Assembly (NCBI GenBank): GCA_964016885.1 | Contig: OZ024742.1 | Span: forward strand, 20,770,001-20,834,000 | Source of the DNA: Eledone cirrhosa | Lineage: Eukaryota | Direction: 5' to 3' | Length of the DNA: 64,000 bases | Shown: positions 13,501 through 28,445 of the stretch, in pieces | How the letters are laid out: each line of letters opens with the position of its first letter | Numbering within the stretch: the first letter of the stretch is position 1 | The notes under the pieces: model-generated | Database searches by the model: none | Told to the model about the DNA's origin: nothing | The model's input: the letters and a program-made list of their open reading frames with translations, nothing else | Program-made: the position numbers and the translations under genes

Positions 13501-14450
13501 AGCTGCTACTGAAATTGGCTAAGAAATGGCAAGAAAAGCTTCTGTATGGAAAATACCCAGAGCGAGCTAACAATCCTGATGTTGACAAAACTTTAACCCA
13601 TCAGTGGTTGGCATCCTCTGGACTGAAATCGGAGACTGAAGGACTGATTATATCAGCACAAGATCAGTGTCTGCCAACAAAAGATTACCAAGCCAACATA
13701 ATAAAAAATGGATGCAGCCCATTATGCCGTGTATGTAAAAAACAACCAGGGACCATTGATCATATAATTTCAATGTGCAGTCCTATAGCTCCAACCGAAT
13801 ACCAAAACAGGCATGACAGAACTGCACAATACATACATTGGATAGTGTGTAAGCATTTTGACCTGCCGCATCAAAAGAATTAGTGGGAGCATCAACCACC
13901 TCCCGTACTTGAAAAAGATCACATCTCAATCTTGTGGAAGTTTAGCATCCAAACAGACCGAAAAATAGATGCAAATAGACCTGATATAGTACTGAAGGAC
14001 TTTAAAAAGAGGTTATGCCTGCTAATTGATATGTCCTTTCCACTAAACAAGAATATATCTATAAAAAACATTTGAAAAGTTGAGCAAGTATAAAGACCTG
14101 GAGAAAGAAATTGGAAAAATATGTAAGTTGAGAATTAAAACAATACCAGTGGTTGTAGGCGCTCTAGGAATGATACCTAAGGGATATAATGATTACTTAT
14201 CGGAAACCCCAGGCAACAGCGTATAGAAGAAATACACAAGATAGTACTAATGGGAGCTGCCCATATACTTAGGAAGATTCTGTCACAAGTCTAAACACTA
14301 AAGATGCATGTGTGTATGTATGTTCTTTCTTGAACATGGCGGACCTTGTCTCTTGAAGTCACTGGTTGTGACTTGGTGATAACTCGTATGAACATAAAGC
14401 AAGATAAATGCAGTAATAGTAATAATAGTAATAATAGTAATAATAATAAT
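10562..14450 (+). mobile_element. R4/Dong-clade element, family B copy 1, near full-length, disrupted
   Basis: GIFQADSLSPL, HMFYMDDLKLF, YKYLG, ETEGLIISAQDQCL, CRVCKKQPGTIDHIISMC, RHD and NRPDIVLKD..LLID; (AAT/AGT)n tail. Confidence 0.92.
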
Positions 14451-14603
14451 TGTGAAGACTAAAATCCAAAGAGGGCTCGATAAGGATAAATATATATCAA
14501 ATAGATAAGAACCCTCGAGCAAATATTTATTAAAATAACAGATCCCGTTAAGGGTGAAAGCAGCGTTTCTTTGCTTCAACTTTAATCTGTTATTTTAATA
14601 TAC

Positions 14604-14706
<103 letters not shown>

Positions 14707-15849
14707 TGTCTGTGTATGTGTGTATGTATGTGTGTGTGTGTGTATTATATATGATATATAAATTTATGTATTGCAATATTTATTTATTTAAAGTTATATA
14801 TTTCCATATTTTTGTTGACCAAATTATCTTCAGTCAAAATGCTTGTCCTGGGAATGGCAAATATGTGGAAATAACTAGAAATATATGAAGAATATTAAAA
14901 AGAAAGAGTTAGGGGAAGAGAGAGGCAGACATAGTGTGTTAAAATGGTAGTAGGAAAGAGGATGGAGAGAGTGAAAGAAAGGAAACGAACAGAGGTAGAG
15001 ACTACACGAATTTGCAAGTGAAATTGATATTTCAATTGGAAAAAATACGACAGTAAACCCTAAAGAGAGGAAATCTATTAAGATATATCAATATCATACT
15101 AGACAAAGCAATTGACTAAAGAAAATTAGATCAAATACAGACATACAAATACTTAGGAATCAATGAACTAGACAGTTTACTACTAAAACAAATAAAAGCA
15201 AATATTAAGATAGAATATTATAGATGCATTATATTACTATTGAAAAAAAGAACTAAATACAAAAAAAAAAGATTAAAACTATAAGGTTAAAAATCAAACG
15301 GTCCCAGTAGTAAGCTACAGTTTTAATATAATTAACTGGACACTAAATTAACTACCAGGACTAGAGAGAGGAAAAAAGAAACAATAAGAGTAATCACTGA
15401 ATTTAAAACGCACCACTCAAAATCAGATACATACAGTATTTTCTTGTTTAGTAGGAATGTAGGAAAATGGGAGCTTTACGTGACTAGAAAACTATTCTAA
15501 AATATTCACAGTAGGACTATACCCAATGAAGCATAATGGAGAGTTGATACATATAAAATCGAAACTCGGACAAAAGATGTTTTCTGCTTTTACAAATGAC
15601 AATAAATATGAAACAAATAATTAAAAAAAACCCCAGATAGTTACGACGAAAATGTATGAAAACAGTTAGAATATGATAAAATGATGGCAAGAAAAACCTC
15701 TAAATTGCCAATACCCGAAAAATCTAAACAAGAGAAAGTAGATAAAGGAAATACAGCATTGGCTAAGAGGAGATAGAATTAGTCTTGGTTGCCGCACAGG
15801 AACACAGCCTCCTTCCTAGAGACCTCCACATGTACATAATGGTTTCTGA

Positions 15850-16045
15850 TTTAGATAAAGGCCAACACAATTTTGGGATGAGAAAGTCGATTAAATCGAC
15901 CCAGTGCATTACTGGTATTTTATTTTTCGACCCCATAAGGATGAAAGGCAAAGCTAACCTCGGCAGGATTTGAATTCAGAACGTAAACTATATGGCACAA
16001 ACCAAGATCTTCAACATATTACCCATACTGCCAATCAACCGCCCT
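15850..16045 (-). mobile_element. Abundant SINE-like family 1
   Basis: Core actggtactttattttatcgaccccgtaaggatgaaaggcaaagttaacctcggc..gatttgaactcagaacg. It recurs at ~18890-18960, 22070-22440, 23545-23915, 33375-33545, 34020-34122, 48430-48605, 54845-54925 and 60970-61255. Confidence 0.75.
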
Positions 16046-16094
16046 GCAAATGTACACAATGAAACAGAACCCATTAGGCAACTGCATAATATAT

Positions 16095-16350
16095 GGAAGG
16101 CACGTGGCTTAGTGGTCTGAGAATTGGATTCGTAATCGTGAGGTTCCGAGTTCTATTTTTGGAGCGGGTGATGCATTATGACCTTCAGCAAGAAAGTTTA
16201 TTTCCAGTTTCTTTTTCTGCCAGGCGTTGCGGTCGGTAGATGGAATCAGTAATGTAAAGTCCGATAGAAACATTCTTTCTTTGGTCCGATTTCACGAGTT
16301 CCGCCCCACTGCGTAAGCCATAGGTTACGGTTCTTGTCGATAGATTCGAT
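16095..16350 (+). mobile_element. tRNA-derived SINE family 2
   Basis: A-box-like tggcttagtgg and B-box-like gagttc head, then a ttgagcaagacactt-like core. Related pieces at ~20640-20840, 24165-24410, 55630-55930 and, on minus, 41360-41640 and 60560-60810. Confidence 0.65.
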
Positions 16351-16738
16351 CGATCGATATGGAGAGAAGGAAAAAATAATAAAATACATTATCTTTGGCT
16401 GCCCTGTCTTACACAAGAAAGAATATAAGAACATACATGACAGAATTGACATTTACTTACACTGTAAGTTATGTCAACGTAAAAACACACAAATGAACCA
16501 AGAGAAAATAGGCAGTATAGATAAACATCAGAGGACGTGTCAGAGAATAACTCTGCAAGCATAATCAGGGATATGCCAATACATTTAGACAGGGAAGTCG
16601 GAGGTAATCGACCTGGCAACATTGACAAAGAGCACCAGGAGAACAAATGCCTTCTAATCGATATATCAGTCCCAATAGATGACAATATGCTCCTAGAAGA
16701 AATGAATTTATCTAAATATAAAACTTTGCGATTGAGAT

Positions 16739-16872
<134 letters not shown>

Positions 16873-17071
16873 GTGAGGTTATTTTTACAAAATGTAAAAT
16901 AACCGAGGTGTCCTACACGAGTGAAAGTATAAAGAAAAATATGATGAAATCGAAAATGCAACTGGAGTCTTATTTAAAAAAAAATATATATATATTTATT
17001 TGGTTCCTTTACCGGTTTCGCAGTTCTTCTGCTTTTCAAAATAGAGTTGAGATGGAGGGTCTGTGGTTTTT

Positions 17072-18475
<1,404 letters not shown>

Positions 18476-18482
18476 CTCTCTC

Positions 18483-18553
<71 letters not shown>

Positions 18554-19166
18554 GTGTGTGTATGTGTGTGTATGTATGCAAAAAGCAAATAAAAGACAAA
18601 CAGCTAACGCAGTACAATGAAGAAATATGTTAGTTTAACTCTTGATATAGTGGGAAAAGAGTCTTTACGTTTTCTCTTTTTTACTTTAGTTGTTTATACT
18701 ACTAAAGTAAACTACAGTCGTCACTCGCCATTGATTATGATTTCGTAATATGTACTATGAATATGGTAAGGTCTTGTACATACTCATATAATTGTGAACA
18801 GATACAAACACCTTTTGAAACCCCCACCAACCTCGCTTAATATAGCGAAACAAGTAGGATGTATCAGCGGGTATTAGAGGCGACTGCAACAGTACTTCAC
18901 TGGTGCTTATTATCGACCCTGAAAGGATAAAATTCAAAGTGGACCTCGGTAGGATTAAATGCATACACACATATGCATCTATATATATGTATATTAGTCA
19001 TGTATATTACAAAAACACACACACACATATCTATATATACGTTCCCATCCACACATAAACATCGATACGGGAATGTGTCTACGTGTATGTGTGTTTGTCT
19101 GTGTGTGTGTATTTGTATATACATGCATCTATACAGTAAATAATACTCGCATCATTTTGCCGAAGG

Positions 19167-19202
<36 letters not shown>

Positions 19203-19608
19203 ATGTATAATAATATCACGTTAATGAAGATAAGCGAAACTAAATAAATGCTCCTCTCTTCTCATGTACATATTTTCTTTCTATTAAACATTAAATGTGT
19301 GAGAGAGACGTAAACATAGGACATTTCCGCTTCCAGCAATGATACGGCTAAGCTAAACCGTTTATCTTTCATGCACCTCCACCGATAGATCTATGCTGTA
19401 TGTTAAACTAGAAAAAGCGAACACATTGAAATAACGTAGGATGAAAATCCAACACGAATCTAATTTCTCTATTAGGAAATATTATAGAATAGTAATTAGT
19501 CCAATCTGAGATGTTTCTTGTATGTATTCCTATTGTTTTCGTTTTTCTTCTCTCTCCCTTTCTCTCATTCTCCTATATTTCTCTATCTATTTATATATGT
19601 ATACATAT

Positions 19609-19672
<64 letters not shown>

Positions 19673-21242
19673 CAAATATATATATACACACACACACACA
19701 CATATATATATATACACATATTTATCCCTTTATCTAGATACATATTCATAAATAACTGTTTCTACTTTTGGCACAAGGCCACCAATATTCATAAATAACA
19801 TACACTAAACCATTATATGCATGTAAGCATGTATGCAATAAACCAACACACACACACACATATATATATAATCTCTTCCCCAACTCCCCCTATCTCTCTC
19901 TCTCTCTATATATATATATATACACATTACCCTATTTATCTGTGTTCATTAAATACATATCTATTTGTATATTCTCTATTACATTATCCTGGATATTTGG
20001 GTAATAAACTAAAAATTGTATTTCCTTTATTGCTATTTTTTTTTCGTGTATCCCTCTTTGGCATATAATCTGATACGGACACCAGAAGAAGAAGAAAAGT
20101 AAACAATTGTAGCAAAAAGAGATAGATAGTTAGATAGAAAGAGGCAGAGAAAGATGGAAGAGAGAAGACAGCGTTGATGGTATGTTCTTCGAGGAATACA
20201 GCATTATGACGCCACGGTTTGTTTAAGCAATGCACGGGAAAGTAATTATTTTCCACTTCAGGCATTGTTAGTCATCTCTCCTACTGACACAACAAAAAGA
20301 TGAATTTCGAGATTGTATCATGCAGCTAATGGTATACTGATTTTTTTTAGTAAGTTAATGACTGAAGGGTGAAAAATATCGATTATCATATAGTCGCTTC
20401 ATAGTTTTTTCAATGTGTATACAAAGGTATTTATCTGCCAATGACAAAACTAACAGTTATTAAAGAGATAATGTCATCTTACGCTATAGAAAAATAGCAA
20501 TAACGAATAGCGAGAGATAAGTAATATATATCTAATAAACAAAAAACTAATCTGTGAAAATGAAACATCTATCAGTTGTGCACTTTGATTTACCTGACTG
20601 AGTATCAAAGGGTATGGTAGAGACGCCATTGGATTTTTAGATTAGGTTGAGAGATCGATTCTCGAGCCGGACTGCCTACTTTGTATTTGAGCAAGAAAGA
20701 CACTTTATTTCATGTTCTTATTTCTCACACACTGAGAACTACGATTTTAAAGATACACGTGGCTGTGAAATATTCAGTCACAAGTCCGTTAATTTCACGA
20801 GCAGTGTGTTACGTTGACTGAATCGATGGAAACGAGGAAAGTCCAATATATATATCATACACAGTAAAGTATAGAGTAAATGAGATATAATACAATGGGA
20901 AATAGGCAATAGCACTATCAACAGCATATATATGGTGGGTCATAACGATCTACATTGGTTTATATCACTTCAAAATAAAAGAGATCTTTATGCCCACCCT
21001 GCAATATAAGGTAGATATACTAAATGAAGTAATCGTTAAGTGAGTCAGAAGATCGTACCTCAGAGATTGAATTAAAGGTGAATGATTGTGGTTGAGGTGT
21101 TTAATGTAAAATGTTCTAATTCACATAGCAACCACCATAGGAAATAAATGAATGTGGTTGGCTCATACTGATTTCGATGTCTTACATAGACACCGGGTCA
21201 CAGATATGGGACAGTCGATTATAGTACTTTATTAGGACTTTC

Positions 21243-21601
21243 CGAGTGTTGGCTGAAAAGTTCATAGGCTGAATATGAAGGAGTGAGAGATACTAGTGTT
21301 GTGAAATCTTGCATCCATTAATTTCAACTCCGCTTATTAATAACTGCATTGTTTCTTTCCATGGACTATGTTGAAATTAAACTTAATTTAGTAATTTCAT
21401 GAGAGAATCTTGTTCACCCTATGAAGGAGTGATGCTTCAGCTGTGAAAACGTCCCTGCATTAATTTCAACTCGTCTTATTAATAACTGCATTGTCTCTTT
21501 CCAGAGACTATGTTTAAATTAAACCTGATTTGAACATTCCATGAGAATATATTGGTCAGCTTGTGATCGTTCCAGTCTATGAACTTTTCAGACGATCCTC
21601 G
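21243..21601. mobile_element. Mariner-type MITE with an internal ~146-bp tandem duplication
   Basis: TIRs cgag..t.ggctgaaaagttcataggctg / cagtctatgaacttttcagacgatcctcg followed by TA. 21275-21420 resembles 21421-21560. Confidence 0.75.
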
Positions 21602-24600
21602 TATATTATCAACCCAAGGAAGATGAAAAGTTATGTCGACCAAGGCTGCTCTCATGACGTAACAATTTGCAGATAAATACCAAGAAACATTAATTTTACC
21701 ATTTTACCAAATATCTTCGGATATTAATTTTTGCGGCTGATAAATAAAGTAGAATACGCCATTTTGATCAGAAACAAAGCAGTTCGCTCTTCTTTACAAA
21801 ATTTTAAATGTAGGAAGAAATAAATTAAAAATTTCATCTATTCGTTCATCTCACTCTAATTCAAAGAACTGTAGAATCGCCACTCAAATAAACAAATATT
21901 TAAAACACTGGACCTCGGTTGGTTCCGACGATGAGTGTTCCATTTTCTTGATCAATGGTATACCCTGCCTAGATTCAAACTAACGATAGTTAGCCGATCA
22001 CTAACCAGTAAAATACACTCTTTCACTCAGTTACTAATAGCATGATGTATCATTATTATTGATATTATTGCAGGCGGTGGATTGGCAGTATCGGTAGAGG
22101 GTCGGACGCCATGCTTTGCAGCAAAGAGTTACGGCCCTTTGTGGTCTGAGTTCAAATCCCGCCGAGTTTAATTTTTCCTTTCATCCTTACGGGGTCAATG
22201 AAATAAAGCACCAGCAAAGCAATGGGATAATTGCTGGCCTTGTGCCCAAACTAGAAACATTATTTTTGATATTATTAGGGCGGTGGATTGGCAGAATAGG
22301 TAGCATAAATTACGCCCCTTTACGTTCTGATTTCAAATCACACCTAGGTTAGCTTTGCTTTTCATCGTTACGGGCTCGATAAAAGTACCAGTAATGCAAT
22401 GGGGTCGTTTTAATCGACTTCAAACTCCCCTTGTGCCTATAGTAGATATCATTATCGTTGATATTATTGGAACTGAATAGATAAGATGTAATCTCCCACA
22501 GATATTACATACTCTGCATATTAATTATTCAAAGTTTGTATATATCTTCTAGACATACGAATGTTGATTATTTCTAATTACCTAAATTATCGTTCGAAAA
22601 TTTCGTTACAAACTCAAAATGATTGTTTGCGTTGTCGAGCGTCAATCGCAAGTAATCTGCATGTATTTAGCCTTCATTAATAAATATAATTAAATATAAT
22701 TATCTAAAGAGGAGGTCTTCATCCATTAAGCTATGCATCACACACCTTCCAGCATACCCTATATTCATGATAAAATGATGAAGTTATATATTTTTGTTTA
22801 CATTTCTTTTCTCTAAGGAAAATTATCTCCCCAACTAGATCCACCATTTATCTAACGGCTTCGAAATCTGATATTAGACAAAAGAATTAATCTTCTCTTA
22901 TCTAAGCTTTTATTTTATATATATATATATATATGAAGTATTTCCGTAGGAAGGGTAAAGAAAAAAAATATATATATATTGGTAAAAGTATTCTGTAACA
23001 TCACATGCGGTATGATCAGATACAGCTTTCGTTTGGAAATCCTTCTTAAATTGTCAGTAAAATAGCATTATAAGGACCCTATGTATCTGTAAGCTACAGT
23101 CGTGCTCTCACTATGAAGAATATATTTCAAATATTTTCTTTTTTCCAACTGGAGGTACGTTGCTCATTCTTGTATTTATATATATTTACAGTGGTATATG
23201 TGTCGATCTCCATGACAAGGAGATAAATAGATTTGTATGGATATGGTAAATGCGAAAGTAGTATACAGGAAAGAGGTGCCAAATGGTCTCAGAAGCATTC
23301 ATATTAATAGATAAAGTGTCATTTATTACACGACTAGAAAGAAAGGAATTACAATCTATTTTAGGGGGATTGAAGCGAAAATGATTATTTATCCCAGAAA
23401 ACTTATTTTCTATTCGATGTAATAACGAAAGTGATATTAAAAGAAAGTATCAATCCATTATAATGTCTCACGCAGATGATACCCCACCTCCGAACATCTA
23501 CACTGTTGTAACATTAACATGCAATTTATATATAATATTCTATAATAATTGTTTCTACTTTTGGCACAAAGCCAGCAATTGTCTCAGTGCATTACTGGTA
23601 CTTTATTTTATCAATCCCGTAAGGATGAAAGGCAAAGTTAACCTCGACGGGATTTGAACTCAAACCGTAAAGGGACGTAACTATGCTAGAAAGTATGGCG
23701 TCCGACCCTCTACCGATACTGCCAATTCACCGCCCTTCTATAATAATTGTTTCAATAATAATGGTTTCTTTTATAGGCACAAGACCAGCATTCTTGGGGC
23801 GGAGAAAGTCGATTAAATCGATCCTAATGCATGACTGGTACTTTTTACGTTATCGACCCCGTAAGGATGAAAGACAAAGTTAACCTCAGTGGGATTTGAA
23901 CTCAGAACGTAAAGTATAACATTAAGGACAGCACAGGATGGTACAAATGGGCATTTCTGTGTGTAAAGAAAAAACAATATCAAAGGAAATAACAAAATGA
24001 AAGAAAGGAAAATTCCCCAATGGACTTTCGAGGGTCACAAAATTTGTTGAAATTCTAAGCGACCATATGATATAATAAATCTTTCTTCAAATTTCAACAG
24101 ATTTTGCGTAGGATTTCCTACAAACCTATTCGATTTAAATATATATTTTATATATTAGTTTGGCCTCATAGAGCAAGATACCTTATTTCACGTTGCTCCA
24201 GTCCATTCAGCTGGCAAATATGAGTTCAACCTGTAATTCGAAGGGCCAGCCTTGTCACATACTGTGTGACGCCGAATCTTCCTGAGAAATACGTTACGGT
24301 TACACATGTCTGGGGAATACACAGCCACCTGCACGCTAATTTCACGCACAGGCTGTTCTGTTGATCACGTCAACTGGAACACTCGTCGTCGTAACCGACA
24401 GAGTACAAGTTATTAGTTATTTAGTGAGAAACAAAGTCACATACATATAAGCCTTCTCTTTCCTATCACATCAGTCGACTGAATTATACTTGTGAACCAG
24501 ATTTTCTCTGTAGGCCTCAACGTACCGATACCGATAGTAATCATTGATCATCGATCTTACGAATCTTAAGAAACCCCATGTAGATATATACTTACAGAAT

Positions 24601-26274
24601 ATATCAATCTGTTGGCATGGGACTGTCATAAACATATCACCCTAATTCATTTTAACCCATTATTCCTCTTAGGCACCAGAGTATCTGAAACAGACATATA
24701 CATATGTATTTCTAATTATTGTCAAGTATTAAAGAAGGAAGAGACTATATGCTTTCCTGGGCGTTTGATGTTAATCACTGCTTAAAAATGATACATCGTT
24801 TGTTTAGTCAACATTTCTCATTGTATAAAGTATTAAAAAAACTGAAATATGTAACATCAAACAGAGGTGGTCAACTATATTATTTTTAATAACCAGCACG
24901 AATGTCACATTTTATGAGATGAAATTTTATCTAAACTAGAAAGGTGTCAGTAGAACACAACAAGTGAACGGTGTTGGCGACATAGTCAGCTCAAAACATA
25001 TAAATTCTTCAACGGACACCTAAATTTTTGGCTTTTATTTTTATGTTTGAATAATTCGTATTTTCTGTAATAAGGAAAATAACTTTCATATACTATTAGA
25101 TAATAAACTCTCCAGAGTGCACACACTTATATAAAATTACAGCCTTTAAAATATCTATATGAAATTATATGTGATTAATGATCATTGAGTTGGTATGAGA
25201 AATGTTTTATAATGACGTACTATATTTTCTGTAACAAGACGAAATACATTTTATTTATTTATCACAAGCTATATTATATAGCAAGGCTGGTTTTGTATTA
25301 AAGATTAGAATCCATAGTTGTTGTGATTTCACTGAACTCGCTAGATAAGTAGCAGTTACATACGTTATCCCCTAGATATAAGCACAGATGAAGCAAGGAC
25401 GCAATTATGTGATACTCTTCCAATGTCTTACTTTCCTTAAACTGTTGAAATATTCCAGTAATTAGGAAACTCATGATGATGGGGGCGTCGAGATTTTAAA
25501 TAAATAAAAAAGTGAAGTATTAGAAAGAGTGGACATTTATAGCCACATGAACTATCCTTCTTTACATTTCTGCTGATATTATATATCCAACTCAAGTTCA
25601 ATTGATAATCAAACAAGTATATCTATGCCAGTTATCTATTCAAGTAATTATACAGATAACCGTTTCAATCCCAACTATTTACAATGTGAGAGACCTTAGC
25701 AAATTCATATAGGAATATAGCTAAATAGATTTAGTGTTTTATCTCTCATGTAGTAATATTTAGATATGTAAATAAATCCTCGTGTAGGAGGCAATTCATG
25801 CTTTATGATGTAGGCTTTCTGTTCTTCATGCTATTTAAATATTGGATGTTTTTTTGTCCCTTTTACCTTTAGTTACTTTAGACTGCTTAATGAACCATAG
25901 CCATTGCTATAGATTCAGACTTTGGTATTCGGTCAATTTCTCGTCGATGTTTCACGTGTGATTGGTCAGATGATATTACAACGGCAGAGTGCAGATAATG
26001 AAGATTTATATTGGTCAAAACAGACGCTGGTGACAAAATATTCCACACAAAAACTTATATCTAGGACTTTGTCTATCGTAAGTGTAGTGGTTGAAGACAA
26101 CTCTTTAAATATACCTATTAAATATATTCTAAAGATCCTTGAATCTGATATTACGTGTGTGCAAAGCGAACTCCTTAACCACACAGCTATATATATATAT
26201 ATATATATATATAGTAATAATACTAATATATATATATTTATATAAAATCAAATATAATATGTAGATTGAGATTG

Positions 26275-26690
26275 ACAGCTAGCACCATCCCAGTCCCACA
26301 ATAAAGAGAAGCTGCCTCGACCTTTGCTTGACCGCACTTATTACATGCGCACGCGCGCTCTACAGAATATCTCAGTTACACACAAACAGCGGACAACAGA
26401 GACCACGTACCGTTCCTCTCCGACAGATAACTTTCCCCCTCTGAAAACCCCCCAGAAGATGGATGCGAAATCCGAAATATAGGGACAATTAAATCTCTCC
26501 CAAGGTAACTCTAGTGCCAAAAGTAGAAACAATTATTTTTATTTTACGCTCTTTCCTACGTTCCTCTACACACTATACATCTCATTCTACATTTCCTCTT
26601 ACATCTCTCTCTTCTCCACCGGATTCTGTTACCCGGTGATTTACCCATCTGCATTGTTGAGGCTTCCAAAACGACCCAAAATAACTTTAT
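26275..26690 (+). mobile_element. Probable PLE terminal remnant with degenerate HHR
   Basis: ccc-cAGAAGA-tggat-gcga-aatcc-GAAA-ta-ta-ggg at ~26449-26484 is an HHR layout with a mutated core; AT-run flanks. Confidence 0.4.
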
Positions 26691-27914
26691 ATATATATAT
26701 AGTAATATTTGCTCTACGGTTCTTATATATTTGATATATATTTATCCTTATCGAGCCCTCTTTGGATTTTAGTCTTCAAATTTATTATTATTACTATAAT
26801 AATGATGAAGTGTGTGTATTATATATATATAATACACACACTATATGATAGATCTAATATGATCTCGTTTGATAGGAAACAACATACCACGCACATACAT
26901 ACACACAGTATTGTACAGTACGCACAACACACAACACACAGTCACATATATATATTCATACTTACATGCATATATACATATATGCATTAATCCATCATCC
27001 ATCAGTACATATACATATTCATTAATTCATGCATCCATCTATCCATACATACACACATCCATAAATTCACACATATATACATACATACATGCGTAAATAT
27101 GCATATATACATTTAGATCATATGATCGAAAAAAACCCCACATTTATTCATATTATCTGAGGTAATTATTTCCCTAGAAATATCTATCATGAATTAATGA
27201 TTAGTTTTGGCAAATTGGAATCACTTTCATCCATCTTGGCACACTGCAATATTCTACATCTAAATGTAATTGGTGGGTGTTGAAGTAGTTGGTCCTTAAT
27301 TTAAGAAAAATAGGGTTAAAATCAATATGACAAGGCCATGATATTATATGGGTACAATTGAGGTTGTCAACGTGAATATACGTTCTTGAATTCATGTTAA
27401 TGTCTTTAAAGGAAAAGAGTTCAACGTTGAATGAAATTGGTAAAGATTATAGATTTTTTTGCAGAAAATGGAATATAAGAAAAAAAATGAAATTTAATTT
27501 ATTTCTCTGCTTTAATTTGCTTTTTATCTGAGATATGGATTACATTTTCAAAGTAATTACCTATAAAACAAAAGATGTATCATAACAGAATACCTTGTAG
27601 TTGTATTAGAGAAATATATTCCTTTCTTTGTTACCGCCTGTAACGTTAAGAATTATATTTTAATATTTATCTTTAAAACTATATACAGACAATATGTCTT
27701 ATTGCAAGATTTTAGAAAGATAATTACTGGAATGATGCTATTTACTTTATGTGATGTGATATCGTGTGTCAGTTTATCTAATTTCCCACAGAGTAGGATA
27801 AGACATACAATTATTATAATATATATAACTATGTATTTCTCAAGTTAGAATATTTTTGTCCGTTTAGACGATCAGATGTGTTTCGTACGTATATTTTGAA
27901 AAAGAAGATATAAT

Positions 27915-28110
27915 TCAGCTGCTCTCTGATAGGTTCCTCTCACGAGCCAGCCTCGCTACATTCACCCACTTTTAAATAAATGTACCAGTAGGAGGGGGGG
28001 GGGGGGGCAAACATTCCCTATTTACCTGAACTTTCGTTTCCAAGTGGAACTTGAAGAAGTCAATGAGGGCTTAGCCGAAAAGGAATGAGTCTGTCTTCAG
28101 GCACCCTTTC
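27915..28110 (-). mobile_element. Tx1 ORF2 C-terminal fragment
   Basis: Aligns with 950-1100 (gaacttgaagaagt.aatgaggg..t.gccgaa...gtctgtcttcag) and translates FFKFHLETKV..KWVNVARLAR. Confidence 0.75.
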
Positions 28111-28324
28111 CCAGTCTTAGCTTGACACGAGTGTTGGTCATTAAGTTGGCAACAGTATGATACTAGTTTTGTTGTTGATTTGAGATGAGTTAGGATTTGA
28201 TTTTGTCGTTGTTGTTCTTGTTGATGTTGTTGTTCTGATGGTCCTAGTGGGTGGTAGTAATTCTATCAAATTGCGATAGTAATAGGAAATAATCAGTGTA
28301 TGCTTTTGTTGCTTCCCATCATTT

Positions 28325-28370
<46 letters not shown>

Positions 28371-28374
28371 AACT

Positions 28375-28379
<5 letters not shown>

Positions 28380-28445
<66 letters not shown>

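Noticed and set aside
19984-20265. 93-aa hydrophobic ORF
   Set aside because: The hydrophobic half comes from a CT-rich low-complexity tract; no recognisable family.
24596-24685. Minus-strand exon-like segment (tttcag ... gtaagt)
   Set aside because: Stops in all three frames and no partner exons identified.
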